64,000 bases of DNA from Rhodothermales bacterium (lineage in GTDB: Bacteria > Bacteroidota > Rhodothermia > Rhodothermales > UBA10348): NCBI GenBank assembly GCA_047611125.1, contig JBLFXH010000001.1, positions 654 to 64,653 on the forward strand. Reading direction: 5' to 3'. The notes under the pieces are model-generated. The model was not told where the DNA came from. It searched no databases and worked only from the letters and a program-made list of their open reading frames with translations. A program made the translations under genes and the position numbers. Positions 62,815 through 64,000 of the stretch are shown piece after piece; position 1 is the stretch's first letter, and the number at the start of each line of letters is the position of its first letter.

Positions 62815-64000
62815 TTACCAGCCCGGAACGATCTGGAACCCGAAGTGAGCGCCCTTGCCCGGCCGCTGGTAGGGCTTCGCATAGAAGATCTCCAGCACGG
62901 TGTAGCCGAACAGGTTGAACCGGGAAGTCACCCCCGTTGAGAACACGGGAACGCGCTCTGCAGAGGCTCGCTCGAACTTCAGGACCGGGCCATCTTCGGC
63001 CGTCCATGCCATGCCAGCATCCGCAAAGAACGTGATCTCAGTGGGTAGATACGGGAAGTTGATCAGGCCAAACTGCTTCGTTCCGAAGACCGGGACGCGG
63101 AGCTCGGCACTGGCAAGCGCAATTCGACTTCCGCGCAGGCGGTCGAATTCCGCACAGGTTCCGCTGGCGGATGGAGTACACTCTTCGACGCTGCTAAAGG
63201 AGGTGAACGAGTAGCCACGAAGGAAACCGCGGCTATTCGCATACCCCAGGTACTCTTCAGTGAAAAGCCGGTCTGCACCGTCCCCGCCCGACTTGGCCCC
63301 GTAGTTACCTACGTGGAGCCCACGGACGGCCAACGTGACCTGCGACACCTGCATGTACCGGCGAAAGTCGACGGTCGCGCGAACGAAGCTGGCCGACCCT
63401 AGGAACGGCGATATTTCGAAACGCGAACGCCCACCACGGACGGGCGAAGTGAACCCGAATGACGAGTAGTCGCTAATGAGGGAGACCCCACCGGTAGCAA
63501 AAAAGACAGGGTCTGGCTCCAGGTCATTCTGCTGAACACGCTCGCGCCGGACTCCAAACTGGCTGAAGTAGAAGGTCTCGGTTTCGTAGTCGAAACCGTA
63601 TCGGGTGAATCCTCCCGAGAATTCCACCCTTCGGGTCTGGGTAAACGGATAGCTGGCGATGCCCTGCAGCTGGTCGATATAGATGCGCTGCTTCTGTTGC
63701 GAGACTACCTGGCTCAGGACCCCCGTTTCCGGGTCAATACCGGTGCCAACGCCGGTTCCGATGAGCAGAATGGGTATGTGCCCCAGGCTGCCGCCGTAGT
63801 TGAGCCGGTTTGCGCGGTTCATGTAATACGCCTGGCCGCCGATATCCTTGAACGTGCCGTTGGCCTGGGCCACCACGGTCAGATTGTGATTGCCTAGCAT
63901 GTCCGAGAAGAACAGGCCAACACCGCCAGAGAGGCCTGATCCGTAAGGCCCGCCGGCGGTCACGCCGATGCTGGGAGGCGCCACATAATCCAGAGTCAGT
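62815..64000 (-). CDS. Outer-membrane beta-barrel protein (Omp85/surface-antigen-like C-terminal barrel), 5' end outside window
   Basis: The reading frame stays open to base 64000. Alternating amphipathic beta-strand pattern, Gly/aromatic-rich, with the terminal signature '...HFGFQIVPGW' ending in an aromatic residue. Confidence 0.6.
   Translation of the reverse strand, partial: LTLDYVAPPSIGVTAGGPYGSGLSGGVGLFFSDMLGNHNLTVVAQANGTFKDIGGQAYYMNRANRLNYGGSLGHIPILLIGTGVGTGIDPETGVLSQVVSQQKQRIYIDQLQGIASYPFTQTRRVEFSGGFTRYGFDYETETFYFSQFGVRRERVQQNDLEPDPVFFATGGVSLISDYSSFGFTSPVRGGRSRFEISPFLGSASFVRATVDFRRYMQVSQVTLAVRGLHVGNYGAKSGGDGADRLFTEEYLGYANSRGFLRGYSFTSFSSVEECTPSASGTCAEFDRLRGSRIALASAELRVPVFGTKQFGLINFPYLPTEITFFADAGMAWTAEDGPVLKFERASAERVPVFSTGVTSRFNLFGYTVLEIFYAKPYQRPGKGAHFGFQIVPGW

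Noticed and set aside
1-64000. Searched for CRISPR arrays, IS elements, rRNA genes, and toxin-antitoxin or known defence-system genes
   Set aside because: No regularly spaced repeats were seen; the only perfect tandem repeats are the 20-bp and 8-bp junction duplications. There are no transposase- or integrase-like translations, and no nuclease/helicase/methylase combinations.

Overview
Visibly GC-rich, densely coding bacterial chromosome segment with about 55 genes, one tRNA, no rRNA, no CRISPR array and no recognisable transposase or integrase. The lineage looks FCB-group (Rhodothermota/Bacteroidota-like). Evidence: the order murD-ftsW-murG-murC-ftsQ-ftsA-ftsZ has no murB or ddl between murC and ftsQ; two proteins carry T9SS (Por) C-terminal sorting domains; and there are CarboxypepD_reg-type TonB-dependent receptors paired with DUF4249-like lipoproteins. 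Layout: (1) 1-7.8 kb, the 3' half of the dcw cell-division cluster. (2) 9.9-17.2 kb, minus strand: a TolC-like gene, an MlaC-like gene, a flippase-like TM domain fused to a TagF-like CDP-alcohol phosphotransferase, myo-inositol-1-phosphate synthase, a cytidylyltransferase-like NTP-transferase and a DUF3047 gene. I consider this the best candidate for an undescribed system, namely CDP-inositol-dependent envelope lipid or polymer synthesis and export. (3) 17.3-24.4 kb: Bfd-like ferredoxin with a PLP decarboxylase, an amidohydrolase, and a ChlI-like AAA+ ATPase, T9SS M1 peptidase and GNAT joined by overlapping codons. (4) 24.4-31.8 kb: a small membrane protein with a streptococcal-type histidine-triad motif, divergent from two tandem TBDR + DUF4249 modules and a GT2. 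(5) ilvE, then three FG-GAP/VCBS genes. (6) yhhQ-like transporter, MarR, and a histidine kinase with an OmpR-type regulator. (7) Gfo/Idh/MocA oxidoreductase, a sugar-phosphate-isomerase-like TIM barrel, and a Rieske-GltS(FMN) fusion. (8) VOC, HU, then a DUF305 + LVIVD lipoprotein pair. (9) tRNA-Pro(CGG) and a CAT-family acetyltransferase. (10) An imuA-less SOS-mutagenesis cassette: imuB-like gene, a detached 79-aa ImuB-C-terminal-like ORF, and dnaE2. (11) A complete trans-4-hydroxyproline catabolic cluster with a GntR regulator. (12) Acyl-CoA synthetase, pyrD, a PhzF-like gene and a truncated Omp85-like barrel. All functional calls rest on reading motifs in the supplied translations; no database search was run. 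Several ORF-track starts were trimmed to internal starts where a signal peptide, a conserved N-terminus or a stop/start overlap supported it.
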